DNA from: Candidatus Gastranaerophilales bacterium
Lineage (GTDB): Bacteria; Cyanobacteriota; Vampirovibrionia; Gastranaerophilales; Gastranaerophilaceae
Length of the DNA: 64,000 nucleotides
NCBI GenBank assembly: GCA_944323155.1
Contig: CALURL010000006.1
Location: 21,159-85,158 of the forward strand
Reading direction: 5' to 3'
Shown here: one piece after another, positions 29,472 through 39,413 of the stretch
How the letters are laid out: each line of letters begins with the position of its first letter
Numbering within the stretch: the first letter of the stretch is position 1
Notes under the pieces: generated by a model
What the model saw: the letters and a program-made list of their open reading frames with translations, nothing else
What the model was told of the DNA's origin: nothing
The model's database searches: none
Translations under genes and position numbers: made by a program

Positions 29472-30166
29472 AAAAATAAATTATATATTGAGGAAGATAA
29501 GATTATATCCAAACTTGCTTTCACATTAGCTGAAGTTTTAATTACGCTCGGAATTATAGGGATAGTTGCAGCGTTAACTTTACCGTCAGTTATTACTAAA
29601 TATCAAAAAAAGAGGCGGCCACAAGACTTGAACATGCTTATGCAGTTGTATATCAAGCCATAAAGATGTCAGAAGCAGTTAACGGGCCTATGGAAGACTG
29701 GCAAATCGAAGGTATAAATGATTTAAGCTACGCTGAAATTACTAAAAATTTTGTTGAAAGGTATATAACACCATACCTTACAACTGTCAATAAAAAACAA
29801 TTACCTTCATCTGGTATGCCTTATGACTATTACTATAGAGAAAACGGAAAGCTTGTTAATGCCGGCGGGCATACATATTATAGTATTGCGTTGAATAATG
29901 GAACTTATTTGCATTTTAATGCAGACTACGGACAATCCAATCCAATAAGCTTAAGAATTGATATAAACGGAGAAAAGAAACCTAATATTGCAGGAAGAGA
30001 TACATTTCATCTCTACTTTTTCCCGAAATTTGAATTTGAGGGTAGCAATTTAACAAGAACACAGCTGATAAATGGGTGTAAAAATGGAGTTAATTATGGT
30101 TCTGTACACTGCGGACGAATAATTCAAATGGATGGATGGCAGATAAAAGACGATTACCCTTGGTAG
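29472..30166 (+). pseudogene. Prepilin-type gene lacking a canonical start and frameshifted in an A7 run
   Basis: Open frame from 29472 reads KNKLYIEEDKIISKLA|FTLAEVLITLGIIGIVAALTLPSVITKYQKK with no ATG/GTG/TTG (GAGGAAG RBS-like, then in-frame ATT 29502). The frame is lost at A7 (29605-29611). An A8 would continue EAATRLEHAYAVVYQAIKMSEAVNG into track ORF 29666..30166. Contains LRIDINGEKKPNIAGRDTFHLYF and the C-terminus GWQIKDDYPW. Confidence 0.75.
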
Positions 30167-30175
30167 CCCCTCCCT

Positions 30176-30799
30176 CTACAATGAAAGTATTCGCAAACTT
30201 TCTTTCAAAATATCTTCAGCAGACGCATTATCCGACAAAACAGAGACGGCTTTTGATAATGCGTTTTGTATTTCCTTGCGTTCATAACCCAGTGAAACAA
30301 GAACCATTTGAGCATCTTCAATAGCCTGATTATCCTGTTTTACCTCTGATATAGAAGTTATTTTTATCGGCTCTTTTGTTTGATAATTCATTAATTTATC
30401 TTTCAATTCCAATATAATTTTTTGAGCGAGTTTTGGTCCAACACCTTTAGCTCTGGTTAATTCTTTGTAATTACCTTCAATAACAAAGCCGATAAGTTCT
30501 GATGTTTCAAATTCATCAAGCAGAGTTAAAGCCATTTTTGCCCCGACTCCAGAAACTGAAATCAGGATATTAAATATATCTCTTGCTTCTTTATGCAAAA
30601 ATCCGCACAATGACATTTTATCTTCCCTATGCAAAAGAACAGTATAAATTTTGCCTTCTTGCCCCGGTTCAGGAGCAGAGTTAAAGTCTCTCAATGTTAC
30701 CTCAAGCAGATACCCGATTCCAAAAGTCTCTACGGTAACGTATGTTCCCTTTGAAGTATTTGATTTATTAGTAAAAATACCTTTTATATAATCGTACAT
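30176..30799 (-). CDS. ruvA: Holliday junction branch migration complex subunit RuvA
   Basis: MYDYIKGIF... N-terminus, two HhH motifs (VSGVGAKMAL, AKGVGPKLAQKI), C-terminal domain III. Confidence 0.88.
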   Translation of the reverse strand: MYDYIKGIFTNKSNTSKGTYVTVETFGIGYLLEVTLRDFNSAPEPGQEGKIYTVLLHREDKMSLCGFLHKEARDIFNILISVSGVGAKMALTLLDEFETSELIGFVIEGNYKELTRAKGVGPKLAQKIILELKDKLMNYQTKEPIKITSISEVKQDNQAIEDAQMVLVSLGYERKEIQNALSKAVSVLSDNASAEDILKESLRILSL

Positions 30800-32196
30800 T
30801 AACTCTCCTTTAAAGAACTTCTGATTTCTGCTACAGCACGGTCAAGCTCTTTATTCACACGTAATTCATCCTTAATTTTTTCATAAGAATAAAGCATTGT
30901 TGTGTGTTTTTTATTGAAATATTCTGCAATACATTCAAAACTTTTTTGTGTAAGTTCACGTGCGAGATAAACAGCAACATGACGTGCTGACGAAACCCTT
31001 TGATTTCTGGAAGAACTCAAAAAATCAGCTATAGAAACGCCATAGTGTTCACCTACTGCTTTTGCGACTTTATCAATTGTCAATGCTTTTTTAGAAGCCT
31101 CACAGTTAAGAACTTTTTTTGCAAATTCCAGCGTAATATCTGTATTTTCAATATCTGCGTAAGCACTGACTTTATTAAACGCACCTTCAAGCTCTCTTAC
31201 ATTATTTACAAAATTATTTGCGATATATTCAAACACAGGAAAATCAATTTTCAAACCGGCCTGCTCTGCAAGATTACTCAAAATAGCGACCCTTGTTTCA
31301 AAATCAGGCGGTGTAATATCAACAACAAGTCCCATTTCAAAACGGGTTCTTAACCTGTCTGGAAGAGTCGGAATATCTTTTGGCAGCCTGTCTGATGTTA
31401 TAACAATCTGTTTATTATTGTTGTGCAAACTGTCAAATGTATGGAAAATTTCCTCCATTGTATAAGTTTTACTTTCCAAAAATTGAATATCATCAATTAA
31501 TAAAACATCAACATTTCTATACTTTTGACGGAACTTATCCATTCTGGAATTTCTTTCTCCGCCATGCTGGAGATTTTTAATTAATTCATTAACATACTCT
31601 TCTGTTTTGATATATTTTACACGGAGTTTCGGCTTATTAAAAATAATATAATGGCCGATTGCCTGCATAAGGTGAGTTTTGCCAAGCCCTGAAGCGCCGT
31701 AAATAAAGAGCGGATTATATTTTTTTGCCGGATTTTGAGCAACAGTAAGCGCTGCTGCATGAGCAAAACGGCTATTTTCACCTACAACAAAATTTGAAAA
31801 TTTATATTTTAAATTCAAATTTGCAGATGACTGCATTTGAGCAAGATTGTCAACCATAGAAGAATCATCCGTATCAACTGTAAGAGAGCGTTTTTGTTTT
31901 GCAAACTCCTTTTTCTTCTCTTTTTGATATTTATCAGCAAGTTCAGCATCAAAAGTAATATGATAGCTTACGTCTTTGCCTAATACTTTTTTAAAGGCAT
32001 CAGTAATTTGTTTATTGTAATTGGATTTAACCACCTGTGGCGCAAGAGAATGAACTGTATAAACAGAAAAAACATTTCCGTCATAATCAGCGGCTTCCAA
32101 AGGTTCAAGCCACATTTGATATGCAGGTGTAGGAACTGTATCCCTTAATTCAGCCTTAACTTCACTCCAAAGATTTTTTACTTCCTGTGTTTCCAT
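30799..32196 (-). CDS. dnaA: Chromosomal replication initiator protein DnaA
   Basis: AAA+ Walker A GASGLGKTHL, LLIDDIQF, C-terminal DnaA signature (RNQRVSSARHVAVYLAREL). Stop overlaps the ruvA ATG (TAATG). Confidence 0.93.
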   Translation of the reverse strand: METQEVKNLWSEVKAELRDTVPTPAYQMWLEPLEAADYDGNVFSVYTVHSLAPQVVKSNYNKQITDAFKKVLGKDVSYHITFDAELADKYQKEKKKEFAKQKRSLTVDTDDSSMVDNLAQMQSSANLNLKYKFSNFVVGENSRFAHAAALTVAQNPAKKYNPLFIYGASGLGKTHLMQAIGHYIIFNKPKLRVKYIKTEEYVNELIKNLQHGGERNSRMDKFRQKYRNVDVLLIDDIQFLESKTYTMEEIFHTFDSLHNNNKQIVITSDRLPKDIPTLPDRLRTRFEMGLVVDITPPDFETRVAILSNLAEQAGLKIDFPVFEYIANNFVNNVRELEGAFNKVSAYADIENTDITLEFAKKVLNCEASKKALTIDKVAKAVGEHYGVSIADFLSSSRNQRVSSARHVAVYLARELTQKSFECIAEYFNKKHTTMLYSYEKIKDELRVNKELDRAVAEIRSSLKES

Positions 32197-32241
32197 AAAA
32201 ATATTATAGTATAAAAAGTATAGTTAAAATGTAAATTTTTA

Positions 32242-32994
32242 TTATATTAATAATTTATATAACACCACTGCACAGGACACGCTCAAATTTAAGGATTCTA
32301 CATCAGAAGACATTTCAATTTTTACTTCTTTCGTTGCAAAATCAATTAACTCACCGCTCAAACCGTCAGCTTCACTTCCAAACATAACTACAAGCGGTTC
32401 ACAAACTTTAAAATCCTTCAAATAACAATTTGCTCTCGGTAATGTTGCAATTCTTTCATAACTTTCAAATAAATTTTGCAATACATCAAACTGCTTTATA
32501 TAAACAACAGGAATTTTCCAGAGATTTCCGACAGAAGAACGGACACATTTAGGGTTGTAAATATCCGCGCAGTCCCCGTATAACACAACAGCATCAGCTC
32601 CAAATGCAGTCGAAGTTCTTAATATCGTTCCAAGATTGCCTAAATCTTTAATATTTTCAAGAAGTACAACTTTTTTTGCGTCGGATAAACCAGCCTTATC
32701 ATAATGTTTTTGAACAGCAACGGCCACAGCGTCTGGAGCGCTGTCAGTTGTAGATATTTTTTTTAAAACAGCCTCACATGTCAATATAATTTTATCATTG
32801 TGTATAAAATTATATTGTTCCGCACAATCCTTTAAGACAAAAACATATTCTATTGCAACTCCTGCCGCATAAGCTTCTTCAATACATTTTTTACCTTCAA
32901 GAAGAAATTTATTTTCCCTGTCACGGTATTTTTTTTGTTGAAGTTTGCAGGTTTCTTTAACTAAATCATTATTAACACTGGTAATTTCTTGCAT
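32242..32994 (-). CDS. TrmH/SpoU family RNA 2'-O-methyltransferase
   Basis: SPOUT motifs: DLGNLGTILRTSTAFGA, VMFGSEADGLS, LNLSVSCAVVLY. Confidence 0.8.
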   Translation of the reverse strand: MQEITSVNNDLVKETCKLQQKKYRDRENKFLLEGKKCIEEAYAAGVAIEYVFVLKDCAEQYNFIHNDKIILTCEAVLKKISTTDSAPDAVAVAVQKHYDKAGLSDAKKVVLLENIKDLGNLGTILRTSTAFGADAVVLYGDCADIYNPKCVRSSVGNLWKIPVVYIKQFDVLQNLFESYERIATLPRANCYLKDFKVCEPLVVMFGSEADGLSGELIDFATKEVKIEMSSDVESLNLSVSCAVVLYKLLI

Positions 32995-34592
32995 TACATA
33001 ACCTCAAAATCTTTTAGCCATAATTTTTCCTGCCCGGTAAGCATTGCAAAATCAATCAATTTCTTTTCATAAGACATGTTAACAAAGGAATGAATTTTCC
33101 CATCTTTCATATAGCAGGAATTTTCAAGCCTTACACCGAAATAGTTTTCATTATACAATCCCGGTTCTATCGAAAATACCATATTATCGGTAATCTCAAC
33201 TTTTGCAAGTTCGCTTTTGCTTAAATTCGGCGGATACTCATGTACACTTACGCCAATGCCATGCCCGAGCCCGTGATTAAAAACAAACCCCTCAATATCA
33301 TTCTGAGCATAAATTTGTCTTGCATAATCATCTATTTCATAACCACAAATTTTTGAATTGCTCTTATTCCATGGCAATTGTGTATAATTAAAGGCATTCA
33401 AAAACATTTTTAATACAGTTGTATAAACTTTCTTTTGTAAATCAGACGGCTTGCCTTTCACAAAAACTCTTGTAATATCAGTTGCAAGCCCTCCTTCGTA
33501 ATACGCACCACTATCTATTAAAACAAGACTGCCTTCTTTTATAATTTCGTCCTTAGAACATTTTGAATAGTGTGCAAGGGCAGAATTTTTATCTTTCGCA
33601 ACAATAGATTTAAAACTCAGACTTTTTGCGCCAAACTTTTTATAAAATTCTTCAAGCTTCTGTGCAATATCGTATTCAGAAATATTATCATTATTTTCTA
33701 TATAATCTCTTATTGCAAAAAGCGCCATATCAGTATGCTTAAAAGCATCTTTTAAATGTTCTATTTCAGAATTTGTTTTAACAGCCTTCATCAATTTTAC
33801 CGGGCTGTCATTTATAATTTGAACTTTATCGCCAATAATTTTAAAATCATAACCATTTACACTCGACTTATCAACAAAAATTGTTCCATTATAATTCTTT
33901 ATAAAATTTTCCAATTCATCAAGATGTTTTTCGTCATACAAAAACGCTTTGTCTTTTAACAAAATTGCCTTAGCTTTAATATTACTTGCATAAGGACGAG
34001 AGAAATCTCTTTTATTAAACAGATAAGACACCTCTTCTAGATTAGTTATAAGAATAGCCTCATCATCTTTTAAATCTTTTGAAGCTAACCTGACTTTATC
34101 CTCAACACTCATGCCGGTATATTTTAAAGAAATATCAACAACTTCAGATAATGAAACAATATTTTTATTTTCAATTGGATCATCGTCAAGCAATACAACT
34201 TTAACCTGCTTTTCCTCAAGTTTATTCTGAAATTGTTCAATCCTGCTTTGAGAATTTTTTTGCGTCACAAGAGCAAAAGTAGAATTCTCAGGAATCTTTT
34301 TTATAATCTCATCCATAAAAGTTTGTCCTGTTGCAAGTTTTACAACAGAAACAATATCATGGTCAACTTCCAGATCCGCTTGAATATGGTATCTTCCATC
34401 AACAAAAAGAAAAATACTATCTTTTGAGACAAGTGCGTCACCTGTAGAACCTGAGAAATCGGTTAATAAATAACGGGAATTCTCTTCCAGCGTATTATAT
34501 TCCACCAAAAATTTATTGGTAGAATTTACCAGCATAAAATCAATATTGTTATCTTTCAAAAATTCCCGTATTTTATTAACAGTTTCAATCAT
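32994..34592 (-). CDS. Xaa-Pro aminopeptidase (M24B family)
   Basis: 532 aa. LIDSGAYY.., HGLGHGIGVSVHEYP, SIEPGLY metal-ligand blocks. Confidence 0.85.
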   Translation of the reverse strand: MIETVNKIREFLKDNNIDFMLVNSTNKFLVEYNTLEENSRYLLTDFSGSTGDALVSKDSIFLFVDGRYHIQADLEVDHDIVSVVKLATGQTFMDEIIKKIPENSTFALVTQKNSQSRIEQFQNKLEEKQVKVVLLDDDPIENKNIVSLSEVVDISLKYTGMSVEDKVRLASKDLKDDEAILITNLEEVSYLFNKRDFSRPYASNIKAKAILLKDKAFLYDEKHLDELENFIKNYNGTIFVDKSSVNGYDFKIIGDKVQIINDSPVKLMKAVKTNSEIEHLKDAFKHTDMALFAIRDYIENNDNISEYDIAQKLEEFYKKFGAKSLSFKSIVAKDKNSALAHYSKCSKDEIIKEGSLVLIDSGAYYEGGLATDITRVFVKGKPSDLQKKVYTTVLKMFLNAFNYTQLPWNKSNSKICGYEIDDYARQIYAQNDIEGFVFNHGLGHGIGVSVHEYPPNLSKSELAKVEITDNMVFSIEPGLYNENYFGVRLENSCYMKDGKIHSFVNMSYEKKLIDFAMLTGQEKLWLKDFEVM

Positions 34593-34873
34593 TAGTTTTT
34601 ATCAGTAAGTTGAATTAAGTGCCATCCAAATTGTGTTTGTACAGGTTGAGAAATTTCTCCAACTTCCATTGAAAAACACGCATCTTCAAAAGGTTTAACC
34701 ATCATCCCTTTTGAGAAAAATCCTAAATCACCGCCATTTTGCCCTGACGGACAAAGAGAAACTTCCTCAGCAGCTTCTGCAAAAGATTTTCCTGCTTTTA
34801 TTTCATCATATAATTTTTTTGCTTCATCTTCTGTCTTAACAAGAATATGACTTGCTCTTACTTCATTTGTCAT
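34592..34873 (-). CDS. Parvulin-type peptidyl-prolyl cis-trans isomerase
   Basis: 93 aa. ASHILV..., GGDLGFF, GWHLI are PpiC-type rotamase blocks. Confidence 0.88.
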   Translation of the reverse strand: MTNEVRASHILVKTEDEAKKLYDEIKAGKSFAEAAEEVSLCPSGQNGGDLGFFSKGMMVKPFEDACFSMEVGEISQPVQTQFGWHLIQLTDKN

Positions 34874-35316
34874 TAATTAACTCCTTATTTATTCTACGCA
34901 AATTAAATTACCACAAATTTCAGGAGTTTTCAACAAACTAACCTAAATAAAAAGACCTGTTCTGCGGGAGGCTAAACAAGTCATGCATATCAAACATAGA
35001 GTTTGTATATTGTACATAGTATTCGTATTTATGAAAAATTTATTTAGTTACTTTAAGGAATAAGCTTGCTATATTTTAAACCAAACCGCTCAAAGAAAAA
35101 ACTCTTGTCGCAACCCCGAAAAAAGTGCCTGGATATAACAAGCTTACATATATATGATAACTTTTTTTTAAGCTATTTTCACCACTCCTTAGAATAACTT
35201 TTTTTACAGCATAAGTAGTTTTTAATAACTAATACTTTAGCATTAGATTAGTAAATAAGATAATTTTTTGTTTAACCTATTGCAAAAAATATTTGTTTAT
35301 ATTAAAGTATTGATAT

Positions 35317-35389
35317 GCGGAAGTAACTCAATGGCTAGAGTCCCTGCCTTCCAAGCAGGTTGTTGCGAGTTCGAGTCTCGTCTTCCGCT
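35317..35389 (+). tRNA. tRNA-Gly (anticodon UCC)
   Basis: Hand-folded cloverleaf: acceptor GCGGAAG/CTTCCGC, D stem ACTC/GAGT, anticodon stem CCTGC/GCAGG with loop CTTCCAA, T arm GCGAG-TTCGAGT-CTCGT. 73 nt, no encoded CCA, T-run follows. Confidence 0.92.
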
Positions 35390-35430
35390 TTTTTGGTACC
35401 TATTTTATTGTTGTTTAATACTGAGGGGTT

Positions 35431-36279
35431 ATGATTAACGAAATTACAGAGTTTACTGATAAAATAGAAAGATTATTGGTAGCTTTAAGAATTAAATTCA
35501 TTTTTGAAATAATTGTCATTGTATTAATAGGCTTTGTCTGCTTTACACTGATTGATATATTTGATAAAAAACTAAAAGAAAGATTAGTCTTAAGTAAAAA
35601 TTCCCCGCTAACACGTTTTGTACCAATACTTAGCAACATATTTAAGGGAATAACTGTATTCTTTTTAGTTGCTTCTTTCTTACAAAGTCATGGATATTCA
35701 ATGTCATCATTAATTGCCGGCTTTGGAATCACAGGTTTGGCAGTAGGTTTCGCGGCACAAAAAACTATTGCAAATGTCTTTGGAACACTAGGAATTCTAT
35801 CTGATCATTCGTACCAGCTTGGAGATTATATAAAAGTTAATAATGATGAAGGTACTGTTGAAGAAATCAATATGCGATCTACTAAAATAAGATCGCTTGA
35901 TAATTCTATTATTATTTTACCTAACGACGTGGTATCAGGTACTGTTATAAAAAATGTATCCCAGTCATACAAAAGACGAATATTTGAAGTATTTGGCGTA
36001 ACATATGACACAAGCGATGACAAACTCAAGCGCGCTATACAAATTATCGAAGAAATTGCTAAAAATGATAATCGTATCCACGATGATTATATTGTCTTTG
36101 TAGAAACTCTTGCTGAAAGCTCTATTAATATAAGAGTACAAGCTTATACAAAAACAAATATTTATAATGAATACTTAAGAATACGAAGCGATTTTATTCT
36201 TGAAGTGGTAAAAAAATTCCGTGAAGAAAATATTGAATTTGCATTTCCTTCTCAAACTGTTTATATGGCGAAAGAATGA
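35431..36279 (+). CDS. Small-conductance mechanosensitive channel (MscS family)
   Basis: 282 aa, three N-terminal TM segments, then the conserved GDYIKVNNDEGTVEEINMRSTKIR beta-domain. Confidence 0.85.
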   Translation: MINEITEFTDKIERLLVALRIKFIFEIIVIVLIGFVCFTLIDIFDKKLKERLVLSKNSPLTRFVPILSNIFKGITVFFLVASFLQSHGYSMSSLIAGFGITGLAVGFAAQKTIANVFGTLGILSDHSYQLGDYIKVNNDEGTVEEINMRSTKIRSLDNSIIILPNDVVSGTVIKNVSQSYKRRIFEVFGVTYDTSDDKLKRAIQIIEEIAKNDNRIHDDYIVFVETLAESSINIRVQAYTKTNIYNEYLRIRSDFILEVVKKFREENIEFAFPSQTVYMAKE

Positions 36280-36746
36280 ATATAAAAATTATTGCACTCG
36301 GAAAAATTAAAGAAAAATTTTTGAAAGATGGAATAGACGAATTTCTAAAACGTTTAACGCCATATGCCAGTGTTGAAATCATTGAACTGCCTGCAATTGA
36401 AATTAAAGATGAAAACTTAACTCAAAAAGTTCTTGAGCAGGAAGGTGAAAAAATTCTTTCACATATCAAATCTCAGTCCTATGTTATAACACTGGAAATT
36501 CAAGGAAAAATGTTTTCCTCTGAAGAATTTGCTCAAAAAATCCAAGATTTAACAAATGAAGGAATTAGCGAAGTTGTTTTTGTAATCGGTTCTTCTTGTG
36601 GAATATCAAGAAGTGTATCAAACCGTGCAAATCTAAAAATGAGTATGTCAAAAATGACATTTTTACATCAATTTGCACGGCTTATACTAGTTGAACAAAT
36701 TTATCGCGCTTTCAAAATTATTAAAGGTGAAACTTACCATAAATAA
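36276..36746 (+). CDS. rlmH: 23S rRNA (pseudouridine1915-N3)-methyltransferase RlmH
   Basis: 156 aa SPOUT protein, MNIKIIALGKIKEKF... and ..LILVEQIYRAFKIIKGETYHK are typical RlmH ends. Confidence 0.88.
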   Translation: MNIKIIALGKIKEKFLKDGIDEFLKRLTPYASVEIIELPAIEIKDENLTQKVLEQEGEKILSHIKSQSYVITLEIQGKMFSSEEFAQKIQDLTNEGISEVVFVIGSSCGISRSVSNRANLKMSMSKMTFLHQFARLILVEQIYRAFKIIKGETYHK

Positions 36747-36755
36747 AATATAAAA

Positions 36756-37535
36756 TTATTTTATTTCTTTTTGATACGCCCAGGCTGAATGATTATGAAT
36801 ACTTTCAAACGCTTCACATTCAACTTCGAATTCTCTTACAACAGAGTGATTACGTAATTTAACAACCACATCACGCAAGACATCCTCAACAAACTTTGGA
36901 TTGTCCCACGCACGTTCTGTAACAAACTTTTCATCCTCACGCTTTAACAGAGGATAAACAGGGCAAGATGCGCAAGATTCAACAAGTTCAATCAAATCCT
37001 CCAGCCATATTTGTTCGCTCTCATCATAAGATACTTTTACCTTAATATAAGCACGCTGATTATGAGCGCCATTTTCAGAAATTTCTTTAGAGCACGGGCA
37101 TAAAGTTGTTACAGGCACAACAACTCCGAGAATAAATTTATAATTATCCTCTTCAATACGCCCCTCAAAAGAACATTCATAACTCATTGGAGAACTTAAT
37201 CCCGTAACAGGAGATTTTTTATCTATAAAATATGTAAATTTAAATTCCAGTTCTCCGCTTTGCGCTTCAAGATTTTGTATAATCTTTTCAAGACATCCTT
37301 TAATATCAACACCCAGAAGATTTTTGTGCTGCCATTCAGTAAGAACTTCTACAAAACGGCTCATATGAGTTCCCTTGTAATCCCTTGGCAAAGAAACATT
37401 AACCTTTGCTTTGGCACAGACAACTTGATTAGAATTATTCTTCCGCTGAATAATCAACGGTAATTCTAAATGTTTTATACCGACCTTCTGAATATCAACA
37501 TTTCTGTCGTCTTTAAGATTTTGAATATCTTTCAT
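36756..37535 (-). CDS. folE2: GTP cyclohydrolase I type IB (FolE2/MptA family)
   Basis: 259 aa with KGTHMSRF and CPCSKEIS..GAHNQR motifs. Confidence 0.85.
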   Translation of the reverse strand: MKDIQNLKDDRNVDIQKVGIKHLELPLIIQRKNNSNQVVCAKAKVNVSLPRDYKGTHMSRFVEVLTEWQHKNLLGVDIKGCLEKIIQNLEAQSGELEFKFTYFIDKKSPVTGLSSPMSYECSFEGRIEEDNYKFILGVVVPVTTLCPCSKEISENGAHNQRAYIKVKVSYDESEQIWLEDLIELVESCASCPVYPLLKREDEKFVTERAWDNPKFVEDVLRDVVVKLRNHSVVREFEVECEAFESIHNHSAWAYQKEIK

Positions 37536-37677
37536 AAAAATATCCTTAATATTTCTTAATAAAACAAGACAAAATTAGCAATTTTTTATTACCACTTTAC
37601 TTTATATAAATATAAAGCTCTCTCTTCTTATTTAAACGGATAGGCCTTGAATACCAAGGTCTTTTTTTTGCCTTGAT

Positions 37678-38151
37678 TTACTTTGATTCAGCAGCGTTTG
37701 CTTTATCAAGCATTGATCTTATTCTTAAATATCTGTCTAACTCTTCTTTGAATTTACCAACATTAGCGTACAAACCTTGAGTTAAATGAATTTTATTATC
37801 ATATTTAGCATCAAGTATGTATACAGTTGGGAAACCTTCTATAAGAGCGTCAGCAACAACTTTTTTATATTTAGGATCTTCACAGTTAATCATTACAAAA
37901 TTATATTTATTTTTGTACATAGTGCTCAAAATTTGATAACGCGGCATAAATCTTAAACAAAAACCGCACCAGTCAACATAAAACAAAGCAACAGAAGGTT
38001 TATCAGACTGCATTGCTTCTTCATATGTAATTCCGATTTTATAATCAGAAGGATGTTTCTTTTCAAGCATGCCTGCTATTGCAAAGCCGACTGCAGATGT
38101 AAATAAAAATGCAAATACTAGACACAATGTAACTATTAATTTCTTTTTCAT
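37678..38151 (-). CDS. Secreted or membrane-anchored thioredoxin-fold protein
   Basis: Signal/anchor MKKKLIVTLCLVFAFLFTSAVG, WCGFC redox motif. Confidence 0.8.
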   Translation of the reverse strand: MKKKLIVTLCLVFAFLFTSAVGFAIAGMLEKKHPSDYKIGITYEEAMQSDKPSVALFYVDWCGFCLRFMPRYQILSTMYKNKYNFVMINCEDPKYKKVVADALIEGFPTVYILDAKYDNKIHLTQGLYANVGKFKEELDRYLRIRSMLDKANAAESK

Positions 38152-38398
38152 ATCAATTTCCCCCCTTTATTAATAACAATTATACAACAAATATAAAAAC
38201 TCTCAATCAAATAAAGAGAAAATATTATTTTTAACATTTCGTAACAGAATGTTTAAAAAAGTATATACTATGGTATATACTTAATATATATTATCTCGTT
38301 GTCAATATTAATACACTGAATACCAGCTATTCAGCGTTATTAGCAATTCAAAAACTAAGGAGCAATAATCAGTTTAACTAAGAAGGAGTTTAAAATTT

Positions 38399-39313
38399 AT
38401 GAGTAAGAATTCAGCAATCAAAATGAAAAAAGTAATTGATTTCTCTAACCCCGCAAAAAATGAAGTTATCAGCGGTTCAAACGATAGTATATTATCCAAT
38501 TACATAAGAGAAATAAGTGATTACAAAAATTTATCTCCTAAAGAAGAAAAAGAACTTGCAAAACTTGCTAAAGAAGGAAACTTTGAAGCAAAACAAAAAC
38601 TAATTGAAGCTAATTTAAAACTGGTAGTAACAATTGCAAAAAAAGCAATCCACATGTCAAAAATTCCGATGATAGATTTAATACAGGAAGGCAATTTAGG
38701 ATTAATGGTTGCTGCTGAAAAATTTAACTACAAACTCGGTTATAAATTTGCAACTTATGCAAGCTGGTGGATTAAACAAGCAATGTTTAAGGCTATTTCT
38801 GAACAATCATACAGCATGAAAATTCCTGTATATATCCAAGAAACTCTATCCAAATTCTCAAAAATCAAAAGAGAAATGGAAAGAGAAAACAATTCACCTG
38901 TTACTACAGATGATGTCGCAAAAAAAATGAATATTTCAACAGACAAAATAGACACCTTCCTAAACGCCTATTCAAAAACACTATCAATAGAAAGCTGTCT
39001 TGAAAACCGCGATGGCAAAGATATGTGTATTGCAGATATACTAGAAGACGAAAAAGCATCTGCAACGGAAGAAGTTGAGTTTGAATATTTAAAAAACGAT
39101 ATTAATATGGTAATTTCTACTCTTAAAGAACGTGAACAGGAAGTTGTAAGAATGCGCTACGGACTAGATGATAATGTAAGATATACTTTAGAAGAAATCG
39201 GCAATATTTATGGAGTAACAAAAGAATGCATTCGTCAAACAGAATTAAGAGCTTTAAAGAAAATGCGATTTTCTGTAATTGGTCAAGAAGTTTTATCAAG
39301 CTATATGGAATAG
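38399..39313 (+). CDS. RNA polymerase sigma-70 family factor (RpoD-like, group 1/2 type regions 2-4)
   Basis: LIEANLKLVVTIAKK, IQEGNLGLMVAAEKF, FATYASWWIKQA (region 2.4), RMRYGL...TLEEIGNIYGVTKECIRQTELRALKKM (region 4.2). Confidence 0.85.
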   Translation: MSKNSAIKMKKVIDFSNPAKNEVISGSNDSILSNYIREISDYKNLSPKEEKELAKLAKEGNFEAKQKLIEANLKLVVTIAKKAIHMSKIPMIDLIQEGNLGLMVAAEKFNYKLGYKFATYASWWIKQAMFKAISEQSYSMKIPVYIQETLSKFSKIKREMERENNSPVTTDDVAKKMNISTDKIDTFLNAYSKTLSIESCLENRDGKDMCIADILEDEKASATEEVEFEYLKNDINMVISTLKEREQEVVRMRYGLDDNVRYTLEEIGNIYGVTKECIRQTELRALKKMRFSVIGQEVLSSYME

Positions 39314-39373
39314 GATATAGAAGAAGGTAGGCATTTTAATTCCTCATCGTGTTTATTAAATTAGGATTTTAAA

Positions 39374-39405
39374 AAAGGTCATTAATTTTACTCAATGACC
39401 TTTTT
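39374..39405. terminator. Bidirectional terminator between convergent genes
   Basis: AAAGGTCATT-AATTTTACTC-AATGACCTTT followed by TT and preceded by an A run. Confidence 0.75.
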
Positions 39406-39413
39406 AATTTTAT

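Noticed and set aside
34874-35316. 440-bp AT-rich spacer (and the 45-bp spacer 32197-32241) as oriC near dnaA
   Set aside because: I could not find a cluster of TTATCCACA-like DnaA boxes by eye. Without GC-skew over the replicon, this cannot be supported.
37642-37669. Terminator-like hairpin AGGCCTTG-AATAC-CAAGGTCT + T8 in plus orientation
   Set aside because: Both neighbouring genes are on the minus strand, and in minus orientation the hairpin lacks a T tail. It may stop antisense or read-through transcription, but I cannot assign it.
38160-38165. C6 run as another phase-variation tract
   Set aside because: On the coding strand it is the AAGGGGGG Shine-Dalgarno of the thioredoxin-like gene. 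It is too short and lies outside any coding region.
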